A stretch of DNA of 64,000 nucleotides. Origin: an uncultured Desulfurococcales archaeon (GTDB taxonomy: Archaea; Thermoproteota; Thermoprotei_A; Sulfolobales; CAZCAU01). The stretch spans positions 4,122 through 68,121 of the forward strand of contig CAZCAU010000002.1 in assembly GCA_964496855.1 (NCBI GenBank), in the 5' to 3' direction. Both the position numbers and the translations under genes were made by a program. The notes under the pieces are model-generated. The model saw only the letters and a program-made list of their open reading frames with translations. It did not search any database and had not been told where the DNA came from. Of this stretch, positions 29,873 to 38,773 are shown in pieces; the first letter of the stretch is position 1; each line of letters opens with the position of its first letter.

Positions 29873-30967
29873 ATGATAAGAAAGAAGAAAGAGGGTCTAA
29901 TCAATATGGATATAACTAGTAGAGGCCTAGCTTTCATAAAGAGCATCGAGGAATTCTGTGAAAAAGGATCCGAGTGGCTCATAAAAGATGAGGAAGAAAC
30001 AAGTCCGGACTACGGGGTAGTGCCATGGGATAGGAGTATAGAAGACTACATAAAAAACGGAATAATAAACTTGGACAAGCCACCTGGGCCCACGAGTCAC
30101 GAGGTAGTAGCATGGATTAAGAAAATGTTTGGTCTCAGCAGGGCTGGCCATGGGGGTACCCTAGAGCCCCTGCACTAGCAGGGGCGGGGAGACCCCAAGG
30201 TAACCGGTGTACTACCGGTAGCCTTAGAAAACGCGACGAAGGTTATAGGAAACATTGTTTATGCCACAAAAGAGTATATCTGTGTCATGCAGTTACATGG
30301 AGATGTAAGTGATGAAGATCTTAGGAAGACTATAGAGATGTTTCAGGGCGTAATATACCAGAGACCTCCTGTTAGGTCAAGTGTAAAGAGGTCTCTTAGA
30401 AAGAAGAAAGTATATGAAATAGAGTTCTTAGAGAGAATGGGTAGGCTAGTCCTCCTAAGGATAAGAAGTGAAGCAGGAACTTATATGAGAAAGATATGCC
30501 ACGATATAGGCGAACTTCTAGGAGTAGGTGCACACATGAGGGAGCTCAGAAGAACAAAGACAGGCCCCTTCTCGGAAGAAAATAATCTTGTTAAACTACA
30601 AGATGTTTCGGAGGCACTCTACGTATTTAGGGAGTATGGTAAAGATAAGTTACTGAGAAGAATCATACTTCCCATGGAGTATTCTGTCTGTGAAATGCCT
30701 AAGATAGTGATTAGAGATTCGGCGGTAGAGGCATTAACTCATGGTGCTCAACTAGCTGTGCCAGGAATACTAAGGTTCACAAGCGATGTTGAAAGAAGAA
30801 AGAGGGTAGCAATACTAACTCTTAAAGGAGAACTAGTAGCATTCGGGCAAGCCTTAATGAGTGCAAAAGAGATCATGGAGAACGAGAAAGGGATAGCTGT
30901 CAAGCTCTCAAGAGTAATAATGCCTACTGGGATCTACCCGCGCATGTGGAAGAAAAGTAAGGAATAA
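29873..30967 (+). CDS. cbf5: tRNA/rRNA pseudouridine synthase Cbf5 (H/ACA RNP catalytic subunit), split by a 27-nt BHB intron: join(29873..30164,30192..30967)
   Basis: Two same-frame track ORFs (29873..30178 and 30287..30967) cover the gene. Exon 1 ends ...SRAGHGGTL. After removal of 30165..30191 the reading frame continues DPKVTGVLPVALENATKVIGNIVYATKEYICVMQLHG..., restoring the TruB catalytic motif GHGGTLDP. A PUA-like C-terminus is present. Confidence 0.9.
30165..30191 (+). other. Protein-gene (pre-mRNA) intron with a bulge-helix-bulge splice motif
   Basis: An 8-bp inner helix, GCCCCTGC (30166-30173) with GCAGGGGC (30178-30185), is capped by ACTA. A 4-bp central helix pairs CCCT (30159-30162) with GGGG (30186-30189). 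AGA trinucleotides flank it at 30163-30165 and 30190-30192, and the outer helix pairs GGGG with CCCC (30193-30196). It contains an in-frame TAG. Boundaries are ambiguous by 1-2 nt because GA is repeated at both junctions. Confidence 0.8.
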
Positions 30968-30986
30968 AAAGAGGTATAAGAAGGTC

Positions 30987-31604
30987 TTGGAGCACTACTA
31001 TTCCAGTAAACAAGGTTCCAGAGGACCACTATCACTAATATCAGACATCGTTAGAGGAGTAAGCATAGAACTGTACACAAGCCCCGGAGTATTTTCAAAG
31101 AACAAAATAGATCTTGGAACAAGACTACTCGTAGAAAACGCATGGATACCCGATGAGGGAAGAGTCCTAGATCTAGGATGCGGGTATGGAGTTATAGGTA
31201 TCGTACTTGCAAAACTCAATCCTCGGCTAGAGGTATACATGGTAGATATAAATCCACAAGCAGTAAAACTAGCAAGGCTGAACGCTAAGAGAAACAATGT
31301 AGAAGAGCGTGTAAGGATATATCAAGGCAATCTCTTTGATCCACTCCCAGTAAAGGTGTTTAAAGCAATATATTCGAATCCACCATTGTCAGCCGGGGCG
31401 GCAACTCTGGAGAAACTATTACTTGAATCTTTAGAGCGTCTTGAAGAAAACGGAAAACTGCAACTAGTCCTTAAAAAGGGGGGAGAAAAAATAGTTAAAA
31501 TAGCCCAGGAATCCAACTATAATGTTGAGATAGAGAAGCACAATAAAAAAGGGTATATGCTCTTAACGATAACAAAGAGAAGCCGGGGTGCCCGAGCGGA
31601 CTAA
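30987..31604 (+). CDS. Class I SAM-dependent methyltransferase (RsmC/Mj0882-like small-domain MTase)
   Basis: 205 aa with a TTG start. Motif I is VLDLGCGYGVIG and motif IV is IYSNPPLSAG. The last 23 nt, including the stop, overlap the 5' part of tRNA-Ser. Confidence 0.75.
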   Translation: MEHYYSSKQGSRGPLSLISDIVRGVSIELYTSPGVFSKNKIDLGTRLLVENAWIPDEGRVLDLGCGYGVIGIVLAKLNPRLEVYMVDINPQAVKLARLNAKRNNVEERVRIYQGNLFDPLPVKVFKAIYSNPPLSAGAATLEKLLLESLERLEENGKLQLVLKKGGEKIVKIAQESNYNVEIEKHNKKGYMLLTITKRSRGARAD

Positions 31605-31670
31605 GGGGCCGGCCTTGAGAGCCGGTGCCCCGTTGGGGGCGCGCGGGTTCGAATCCCGCCCCCGGCGCCA
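31582..31670 (+). tRNA. tRNA-Ser (anticodon UGA), type II with long variable arm, genomically encoded CCA, no intron
   Basis: Hand-folded. The acceptor stem is GCCGGGG/CCCCGGC with discriminator G. The D stem is 3 bp. The anticodon stem is CCGGC/GCCGG with loop CUUGAGA. The variable arm is GCCCC-GUUG-GGGGC. The T arm is GCGGG-UUCGAAU-CCCGC. It is by far the most GC-rich island of the arm. Confidence 0.93.
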
Positions 31671-31680
31671 CTTATATACC
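31671..31680 (+). promoter_or_regulatory. Consensus-like archaeal TATA box immediately 3' of the tRNA
   Basis: CTTATATACC (a second CTCATATAAG follows) lies about 50 nt upstream of ATG 31729. That ATG opens a frame running into the palindrome axis. Mirror copy at 31951..31960. Confidence 0.3.
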
Positions 31681-31960
31681 CCTCATATAAGCTCCACCAT
31701 CGCTCTGAAGAGCTGCAACCTATGTTTCATGACTAACCGTACAAAGCTATGCTCTCCAGAACCGTGCTGGCCCGAATGGTTTGCATACGCTCATTACAAA
31801 AAGATAGTGTATCCCGGGATACACTATCTTTTTGTAATGAGCGTATGCAAACCATTCGGGCCAGCACGGTTCTGGAGAGCATAGCTTTGTACGGTTAGTC
31901 ATGAAACATAGGTTGCAGCTCTTCAGAGCGATGGTGGAGCTTATATGAGGGGTATATAAG

Positions 31961-32049
31961 TGGCGCCGGGGGCGGGATTCGAACCCGCGCGCCCCCAACG
32001 GGGCACCGGCTCTCAAGGCCGGCCCCTTAGTCCGCTCGGGCACCCCGGC
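31961..32049 (-). tRNA. tRNA-Ser (UGA), mirror copy
   Basis: Exact reverse complement of 31582..31670 (x -> 63631-x). Confidence 0.9.
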
Positions 32050-32644
32050 TTCTCTTTGTTATCGTTAAGAGCATATACCCTTTTTTATTGTGCTTCTCTA
32101 TCTCAACATTATAGTTGGATTCCTGGGCTATTTTAACTATTTTTTCTCCCCCCTTTTTAAGGACTAGTTGCAGTTTTCCGTTTTCTTCAAGACGCTCTAA
32201 AGATTCAAGTAATAGTTTCTCCAGAGTTGCCGCCCCGGCTGACAATGGTGGATTCGAATATATTGCTTTAAACACCTTTACTGGGAGTGGATCAAAGAGA
32301 TTGCCTTGATATATCCTTACACGCTCTTCTACATTGTTTCTCTTAGCGTTCAGCCTTGCTAGTTTTACTGCTTGTGGATTTATATCTACCATGTATACCT
32401 CTAGCCGAGGATTGAGTTTTGCAAGTACGATACCTATAACTCCATACCCGCATCCTAGATCTAGGACTCTTCCCTCATCGGGTATCCATGCGTTTTCTAC
32501 GAGTAGTCTTGTTCCAAGATCTATTTTGTTCTTTGAAAATACTCCGGGGCTTGTGTACAGTTCTATGCTTACTCCTCTAACGATGTCTGATATTAGTGAT
32601 AGTGGTCCTCTGGAACCTTGTTTACTGGAATAGTAGTGCTCCAA
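32027..32644 (-). CDS. Class I SAM-dependent methyltransferase (mirror copy)
   Basis: Reverse-complement twin of 30987..31604; identical 205-aa translation. Confidence 0.7.
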   Translation of the reverse strand: MEHYYSSKQGSRGPLSLISDIVRGVSIELYTSPGVFSKNKIDLGTRLLVENAWIPDEGRVLDLGCGYGVIGIVLAKLNPRLEVYMVDINPQAVKLARLNAKRNNVEERVRIYQGNLFDPLPVKVFKAIYSNPPLSAGAATLEKLLLESLERLEENGKLQLVLKKGGEKIVKIAQESNYNVEIEKHNKKGYMLLTITKRSRGARAD

Positions 32645-32663
32645 GACCTTCTTATACCTCTTT

Positions 32664-33758
32664 TTATTCCTTACTTTTCTTCCACATGCGCGGGTAGATC
32701 CCAGTAGGCATTATTACTCTTGAGAGCTTGACAGCTATCCCTTTCTCGTTCTCCATGATCTCTTTTGCACTCATTAAGGCTTGCCCGAATGCTACTAGTT
32801 CTCCTTTAAGAGTTAGTATTGCTACCCTCTTTCTTCTTTCAACATCGCTTGTGAACCTTAGTATTCCTGGCACAGCTAGTTGAGCACCATGAGTTAATGC
32901 CTCTACCGCCGAATCTCTAATCACTATCTTAGGCATTTCACAGACAGAATACTCCATGGGAAGTATGATTCTTCTCAGTAACTTATCTTTACCATACTCC
33001 CTAAATACGTAGAGTGCCTCCGAAACATCTTGTAGTTTAACAAGATTATTTTCTTCCGAGAAGGGGCCTGTCTTTGTTCTTCTGAGCTCCCTCATGTGTG
33101 CACCTACTCCTAGAAGTTCGCCTATATCGTGGCATATCTTTCTCATATAAGTTCCTGCTTCACTTCTTATCCTTAGGAGGACTAGCCTACCCATTCTCTC
33201 TAAGAACTCTATTTCATATACTTTCTTCTTTCTAAGAGACCTCTTTACACTTGACCTAACAGGAGGTCTCTGGTATATTACGCCCTGAAACATCTCTATA
33301 GTCTTCCTAAGATCTTCATCACTTACATCTCCATGTAACTGCATGACACAGATATACTCTTTTGTGGCATAAACAATGTTTCCTATAACCTTCGTCGCGT
33401 TTTCTAAGGCTACCGGTAGTACACCGGTTACCTTGGGGTCTCCCCGCCCCTGCTAGTGCAGGGGCTCTAGGGTACCCCCATGGCCAGCCCTGCTGAGACC
33501 AAACATTTTCTTAATCCATGCTACTACCTCGTGACTCGTGGGCCCAGGTGGCTTGTCCAAGTTTATTATTCCGTTTTTTATGTAGTCTTCTATACTCCTA
33601 TCCCATGGCACTACCCCGTAGTCCGGACTTGTTTCTTCCTCATCTTTTATGAGCCACTCGGATCCTTTTTCACAGAATTCCTCGATGCTCTTTATGAAAG
33701 CTAGGCCTCTACTAGTTATATCCATATTGATTAGACCCTCTTTCTTCTTTCTTATCAT
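32664..33758 (-). CDS. cbf5: Pseudouridine synthase Cbf5 with BHB intron (mirror copy): exons 33467..33758 and 32664..33439
   Basis: Reverse-complement twin of 29873..30967; both track ORFs are identical. Confidence 0.85.
33440..33466 (-). other. cbf5 BHB intron (mirror copy)
   Basis: CTCCCCGCCCCTGCTAGTGCAGGGGCT is the reverse complement of 30165..30191. Confidence 0.75.
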
Positions 33759-33860
33759 TATTTAGTAATAGAATTGGGTAATAAGAGTAAGGAAACACGT
33801 ATAAAAAGTACTGTGGTTTTCTAGAAGACTCTAGAATGTAGTATTGAGGAAATAACTCTC

Positions 33861-34157
33861 TTATCTAGTGAAAGGAGATACTTGTACCTTCACTGGTTCT
33901 CTCATAAATTCTTCTAGGCCAGCTTTCTTCAAAGCCTCTAAGACTTCTTCATCACTGGCTCCTTTCTCTATATCTATCTTTTTCTCGAGAGGCTCTATAT
34001 GTGCTATGTTTGCCCGTCTTCTCTTAACACCACTTAGGCTTTTAGGACCTGTGATGAGGACAAAGTTTTCATCTATGATGTCTACTATAACGCATTTACG
34101 GCCAGCTTCTCTTCCTCTTAGCTTAACGCATAGTCTTCCAACTTCTATGGCTGGCAT
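33861..34157 (-). CDS. rpl14e: 50S ribosomal protein eL14 (mirror copy)
   Basis: Twin of 29474..29770; identical 98-aa translation. Confidence 0.88.
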   Translation of the reverse strand: MPAIEVGRLCVKLRGREAGRKCVIVDIIDENFVLITGPKSLSGVKRRRANIAHIEPLEKKIDIEKGASDEEVLEALKKAGLEEFMREPVKVQVSPFTR

Positions 34158-34222
34158 GGGTGCTTGTCACCAGAGAGCTGGATTATATCTTATGATACCC
34201 TATACGGCATTAATTATTACTC

Positions 34223-34780
34223 CTAATTTAATTTTCGTCTACCAGAAAGCGTGTTTTCTACGAAGTGTTTTATAACACTATAAGCTTCATCAATGCTTAG
34301 CCTAGAAGTGTCTATAACTAAATCAAAAATTGAGAGATCACGGATATTTATCCCATAATATTCGTAAAACCTGATTTCCTGGCTCAGCTCTCTATAAGAT
34401 GTTTCACGGAGGACCTCTAATATATCCCTATTCTCACGCAGGGCTATCCTTTTTACTCTAACCAGCAAAGGTGCTGTAACATATATCTTGATATCCGCGA
34501 TATCTTTAAGTACCCAGGCTACAAGGTGGCCTTCAATTACGATGTTCTTATTTAAACTCATCTCTAGTGTGCGTCTATCTATCTCTAAGTCTATGGATGG
34601 GTCCTTCTCTGCGATCTTACTTAATTCGTATAAGCTGATACCTTTCTCTTTAGCAATTTCACGAAATATTGATCCTGCAGAATGATAGCTGAGTCCCAGA
34701 TCTTCAGCAAGTTTCCTGGCATAAGTAGTTTTGCCACTACCAGGTGGACCGCTAATAGCTATAACTATGTTTTTTCTCAA
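34223..34780 (-). CDS. cmk: Cytidylate kinase (mirror copy)
   Basis: Twin of 28851..29408; identical 185-aa translation. Confidence 0.84.
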   Translation of the reverse strand: MRKNIVIAISGPPGSGKTTYARKLAEDLGLSYHSAGSIFREIAKEKGISLYELSKIAEKDPSIDLEIDRRTLEMSLNKNIVIEGHLVAWVLKDIADIKIYVTAPLLVRVKRIALRENRDILEVLRETSYRELSQEIRFYEYYGINIRDLSIFDLVIDTSRLSIDEAYSVIKHFVENTLSGRRKLN

Positions 34781-34833
34781 GACCTGCTCCTCAGGATAAG
34801 ATTGTAAGAGGTAGAGAGTCTTCTGCTAAGGAA

Positions 34834-35109
34834 TTATAGTATCACGCTTCTAGTACTCTTTATGAGTAGCCTAGAGTAACATCTAGGACAAAGATGTCCA
34901 CCATATGGTCTCTGTGGTCTCTTCTTTGTCTTTGGTAGCTTAGATAGCTTAGAGGGCAGTAAACGTGGCACGCCGTTAAGTTTAGCACCGCATATGGCGC
35001 ATTTTGCGTATCCGGGTTTCTCCCTCTTAAAGTGTAGTGCTAATCTACCACCAGGTGTCCTGACTTTGACTCTCTTCTTACTACGTGTTCTCAGGGAGGG
35101 CCTCACCAT
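34834..35109 (-). CDS. rpl34e: 50S ribosomal protein eL34 (mirror copy)
   Basis: Twin of 28522..28797; identical 91-aa translation. Confidence 0.89.
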   Translation of the reverse strand: MVRPSLRTRSKKRVKVRTPGGRLALHFKREKPGYAKCAICGAKLNGVPRLLPSKLSKLPKTKKRPQRPYGGHLCPRCYSRLLIKSTRSVIL

Positions 35110-35224
35110 TGTTGGACACCCAGTGATCTCATTATTTGTTTCTCCTCTCTATTTTACACTATTATCTGTCTCTACAGGGGCTTGGGTTATTTAGGACGTG
35201 TTTTAATTTCTTTTAAGAAGAGGC

Positions 35225-35743
35225 TTAAATCTTTCTCTCTCTGGTTTTAACGTAATATATGCCCTTCGTTGTTATTCTGACACCCATAGCGCTCTGTATC
35301 CATGGTACATTCAACATGTAGATCAAAAGCATTAGGATAGCGCTAGGGATAATAATGACTCCATTATCGGCTTGGTATGTTAAGCCAGGTATGTATACTG
35401 GTGATAAAGAGTATGGCCAGTAACTAGTTATAATGAATAATCCTATGAAGAATAGGAGCATGTACTTAAAGGAGTCTATAAGTGTGTGTCTAAAGATAAA
35501 GGATCTTAATGCCTTAAACTCGGGCTCTAAGCGTCTGGCTTTCTTCAAAGCTTTTGGTGATCCCTCTATTTTTGCCAAGCGCATGAACTCGCTTAGTTCT
35601 TCTAGTCTCCTCCTAGCTCTTAAGACTCTCTCGTCCTGTGTAGCCTTAGATACTAGAATGGCCGCTAAGACTATTAGTTCTGTTACAACTAGGGTTGCGA
35701 GAGCATTTATATGAGGCAAGTCAGGACACCTAGATTGTCTCAA
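35225..35743 (-). CDS. DUF106/EMC3-like membrane protein (mirror copy)
   Basis: Twin of 27888..28406; identical 172-aa translation. Confidence 0.55.
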   Translation of the reverse strand: MRQSRCPDLPHINALATLVVTELIVLAAILVSKATQDERVLRARRRLEELSEFMRLAKIEGSPKALKKARRLEPEFKALRSFIFRHTLIDSFKYMLLFFIGLFIITSYWPYSLSPVYIPGLTYQADNGVIIIPSAILMLLIYMLNVPWIQSAMGVRITTKGIYYVKTRERKI

Positions 35744-36341
35744 TTATCCTCATAATGGTCTCTGCAGCTTTTATAGGTTCACCTTCAGGGTTCTCAACCA
35801 TTACAACAGCTGATGCTGTATGCACGGCACTGGCTATCGCGGCTATTCTTGCTTGTGCAAGGAATTCTCTTAAGAACTCCACGTCTGCTACATCGCCTCT
35901 ATCCCTAGTCTTATCACGAAGCTGTCTTTCAAGAATTACCTCTGGCTTAGCTTCAATTAGTACTATAGCGTCTGGAAGTAATGTTTTCACAACATTCTCG
36001 GGTAGCCCAGGCCATAGCCCAGTCCTGGTTTTTATGATAGAGTGTGTATCAACGATAAGCACACCGTCTTCTCCTATCTTCTCTTCAGCATCACGTATTA
36101 TGAGTTCTGCTGCTAGTTCCTGTAACCCTAGTTGTACTCTTTGGTTGAGTTTCCGTATTTCATCACGAGTTTTAGCGTAACCTGCTTTCACAGCAGCCTT
36201 CAACATGTAGTCTCCGAAATTAGAGATAATAAAACGTGCTTTTCTTTCTTCTAGAAGTTTTGAGAGAAGAGCTAATACTGTAGTCTTTCCTACACCGGGT
36301 GCTCCAGTTACCACTACTACTTTGAAGGGATGGCGTTTCAT
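35730..36341 (-). CDS. adk: Adenylate kinase, archaeal type (mirror copy)
   Basis: Twin of 27290..27901; identical 203-aa translation. Confidence 0.86.
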   Translation of the reverse strand: MKRHPFKVVVVTGAPGVGKTTVLALLSKLLEERKARFIISNFGDYMLKAAVKAGYAKTRDEIRKLNQRVQLGLQELAAELIIRDAEEKIGEDGVLIVDTHSIIKTRTGLWPGLPENVVKTLLPDAIVLIEAKPEVILERQLRDKTRDRGDVADVEFLREFLAQARIAAIASAVHTASAVVMVENPEGEPIKAAETIMRIIETI

Positions 36342-37714
36342 TACTCTTCACCTAATATCCTCTTGAGTAATGGATATGCTTCTAATGCTCTTTCATAAGC
36401 TATTAGACGATAATATTGAATGATTATACCTACTGCTAACAGTATACCAGTTCCACTACCATAAGCCCCGAAAATATCTGCTGTAACAGCTATTAACGCT
36501 ACTATTATAGAGCTAAGAAGGGTTAAGGGATAGATATATCTAGCAAGCCTTTTCTCTAAAGCCTTGGGATTCCGTCTCATACCTGGTACGTCTAGTCCAG
36601 AACTTATAAGATTCTTTGCTTGTGCTTGAGGATTAAGACCTGCTATTTCCACCCACATATAGCCGAATAATACTGCTAGTATAAGCCATATTGCCACGTA
36701 TACAGCAGTCCTAGTAGGATCAGATAAAGCATCGAGTAACCCTCTAGGAGGTCTGGCATACTCATAGCTGGCCATCAAGAATCTTGTGAAGACATTGTCG
36801 CCCATAAAGTTTGAAAAAGCATTCGCAAATATCTGAAGATCGGCTACTAGTATTCCTACTAGTAGTATGGGTATGTTAGTAACATAGATGAATTGTAGAG
36901 GGACCCTGCTCCTAATACCACGAAGTTTTTGTGATGCGATGGGTATCTCCACCCTCATGCCTTGCAGATATATAAGCAATAGTATAGCGGCTATCGTAGC
37001 TATGAGACCGATAAGGTCTGGATAGCCGTGCTCTCTGAGTATGGCTTGCCGCCCACCCTGTATTAGGTATGGTATGAATCCGTAGTGCTGTTGACCTCCG
37101 GGAGATAAGCCGAACAAAGCCCAGAACATATGATAGGCTACGCCGCCTAGTATGAACAGGCTTATCGCGCTACCTACTCCCCATCCTTTTTGAAGCATTT
37201 CATCAAATAGAACAACCATAAATGTAGCTGTGGTGAGTAGTAGTATGTCTATTACACGGACACCTATAGATACGGGACAAGCTGTTATGGGATTACCTGT
37301 TACAGGCCCCCAATACCTACAGCTTAATACATAGGCCGAGGCCTCAAACACAGCAAATACTATTGCAAGTGTTTTCTGTGCCGCTGTGAATTTCTTCCTA
37401 GACTCGGGATCGCTTAGGTCTAGATCTATAATCTTAGCACCCGCTAAAACCTGTAGAACAAGGCTGGCAGTAACTATAGGCCCTATCCCGAGTTCCATTA
37501 ATGTACCTATATTTGAGGCAAATATTATCTGCATTAAACCTACGCTGCCACCGGTAACCTTGACTCCGTAGAGAGGAATGTTAGCCATTACGAAATAGAG
37601 AACTAACACTAGGCCTGTGACAAGAAGACGTCTATATAACGATTGTTTACGTTTCGGCTTCTTGACTGATGGAAGATATCTAGATGCATTAGCTATGGCA
37701 TCAAGCAGTCCCAT
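36341..37714 (-). CDS. secY: Protein translocase subunit SecY (mirror copy)
   Basis: Twin of 25917..27290; identical 457-aa translation. Confidence 0.92.
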   Translation of the reverse strand: MGLLDAIANASRYLPSVKKPKRKQSLYRRLLVTGLVLVLYFVMANIPLYGVKVTGGSVGLMQIIFASNIGTLMELGIGPIVTASLVLQVLAGAKIIDLDLSDPESRKKFTAAQKTLAIVFAVFEASAYVLSCRYWGPVTGNPITACPVSIGVRVIDILLLTTATFMVVLFDEMLQKGWGVGSAISLFILGGVAYHMFWALFGLSPGGQQHYGFIPYLIQGGRQAILREHGYPDLIGLIATIAAILLLIYLQGMRVEIPIASQKLRGIRSRVPLQFIYVTNIPILLVGILVADLQIFANAFSNFMGDNVFTRFLMASYEYARPPRGLLDALSDPTRTAVYVAIWLILAVLFGYMWVEIAGLNPQAQAKNLISSGLDVPGMRRNPKALEKRLARYIYPLTLLSSIIVALIAVTADIFGAYGSGTGILLAVGIIIQYYRLIAYERALEAYPLLKRILGEE

Positions 37715-37777
37715 TATAATGCATCCCTTCTAGCTACTAAGAGGTTATCACTAAAACTTTCTAGTAATTGAATAAAT

Positions 37778-38239
37778 TTAAAATGTACTCTTCTCCCCGG
37801 CTATGATTACCTTGCCGCCAGCATTCTCTATCTTCTCTATCGCTTTCTCAGAAGCTTCGTTAACTACTACTATGAGAGCTTTGGATACCTTGCCTCTACC
37901 AAGGAGCTTGTTTACGCCTAGCTTGCCCAAGTCAATCTTTATAGCCTCGTCTTCGCGGGTAGCCACGCTTGTCTTTAATAAGTATTCGGCCATCTCGTCT
38001 AACTCACCTACATTTATCTCTTTAATCTCTATCTTATGCGAGACTGGATGTGTGAAGCCGTGCTTCCCGAACCAGTTAGGAGCGTATTTTACGACCCATG
38101 TCCACCTATGCTTATGCATACCAGCTGCTCCGTATCCTCCCTTAGAACCACTTTTTCTGTGCTGGCCTATTCGTCCCCAGCCCATTGTTCGAGTCCTTCC
38201 TCTTAATTTTCTAGATTTCCTCCTCTTTCTCCTAACCAT
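37778..38239 (-). CDS. rpl15: 50S ribosomal protein uL15 (mirror copy)
   Basis: Twin of 25392..25853; identical translation. Confidence 0.9.
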   Translation of the reverse strand: MVRRKRRKSRKLRGRTRTMGWGRIGQHRKSGSKGGYGAAGMHKHRWTWVVKYAPNWFGKHGFTHPVSHKIEIKEINVGELDEMAEYLLKTSVATREDEAIKIDLGKLGVNKLLGRGKVSKALIVVVNEASEKAIEKIENAGGKVIIAGEKSTF

Positions 38240-38255
38240 TATGGGGTCACCAGTC

Positions 38256-38735
38256 TTAGATCATTCTTTTAAGTAAATCATTTATTGCTTTACCCCTATA
38301 GCCAAGCTCTCCGTCATTGCCGTACATTTTCTTTATACTTCCTTTAAAGCCGCCTTTAGGTGGATGAAGCCTAAATACGGGTTTTATTTTATCCTCAAGT
38401 TTGTGAAGCATTATTTCTCCAGAGAGAAGCTTTTTAGCCAGCTCCGAGAAGCTTTTGACACCTAGCTTTTCCTCTAAGTATTTCTCGTCAAGTTTCTTAT
38501 TACCTGGTGCTCTTCCCCGTTTCTTTAGCAACTCTATAAGTGTCTCCTCGTCTATCTCGCCCCATGTTATCCATCCCTGAGCTTTTCTAAGCATCTCTCT
38601 TATCCCAGGTAAGGTGTCTGGATATAATACTGCATGATACTTTCTGTGTAATCTAAGTAGCTTAAGAGTATGCTCTACATCTGGGGGAGTATCAGGTATC
38701 CCTCTGATCCTTATGATAGCATATAATGCTGTCAT
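38256..38735 (-). CDS. rpl30: 50S ribosomal protein uL30 (mirror copy)
   Basis: Twin of 24896..25375; identical translation. Confidence 0.89.
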   Translation of the reverse strand: MTALYAIIRIRGIPDTPPDVEHTLKLLRLHRKYHAVLYPDTLPGIREMLRKAQGWITWGEIDEETLIELLKKRGRAPGNKKLDEKYLEEKLGVKSFSELAKKLLSGEIMLHKLEDKIKPVFRLHPPKGGFKGSIKKMYGNDGELGYRGKAINDLLKRMI

Positions 38736-38773
38736 AACATGGCACCTGCTTCTTAATAGTTAGTGACTTAGTC

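Larger units (their letters stand above)
1..31815. repeat. Left arm of a perfect, spacer-less inverted duplication (giant palindrome); partner is 31816..63630
   Basis: Every track ORF in 1..31815 has an opposite-strand twin at 63631-x with identical length and translation. Hand-checked non-coding stretches (1-30, 8958-9419, 12932-13049, 20140-20249, 28407-28521, 31671-31815) match their partners exactly. The arm is truncated by the window edge. Confidence 0.97.

Noticed and set aside
29873-30967. Treating the two cbf5 ORFs as a frameshifted or nonsense pseudogene, or as two separate genes.
   Set aside because: Both parts are in the same frame. The interrupting 27 nt folds into a bulge-helix-bulge structure, and its removal restores the catalytic GHGGTLDP motif. 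An intron is the better explanation.
31813-31818. A CCCGGG (SmaI/XmaI) site exactly at the axis, which might hint at in-vitro blunt-end ligation of two restriction fragments.
   Set aside because: Any perfect palindrome automatically has a palindromic hexamer at its centre (ccc plus its complement). The site carries no independent evidence for cloning.
31588-32043. Two identical 98-aa ORFs (31588..31884 plus strand, 31747..32043 minus strand) spanning the palindrome centre.
   Set aside because: Each starts inside tRNA-Ser, crosses the axis and then reads its own reverse complement. They are a by-product of the symmetry, not a gene. At most the first 29 codons from ATG 31729 may be a native gene fragment.
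31582-32049. tRNA-flanked region as an integrated mobile element or provirus (tRNA-Ser as attachment site).
   Set aside because: No integrase, transposase, att-like direct repeat or foreign-looking genes occur near the tRNA. The duplicated tRNA is explained by the palindrome itself.
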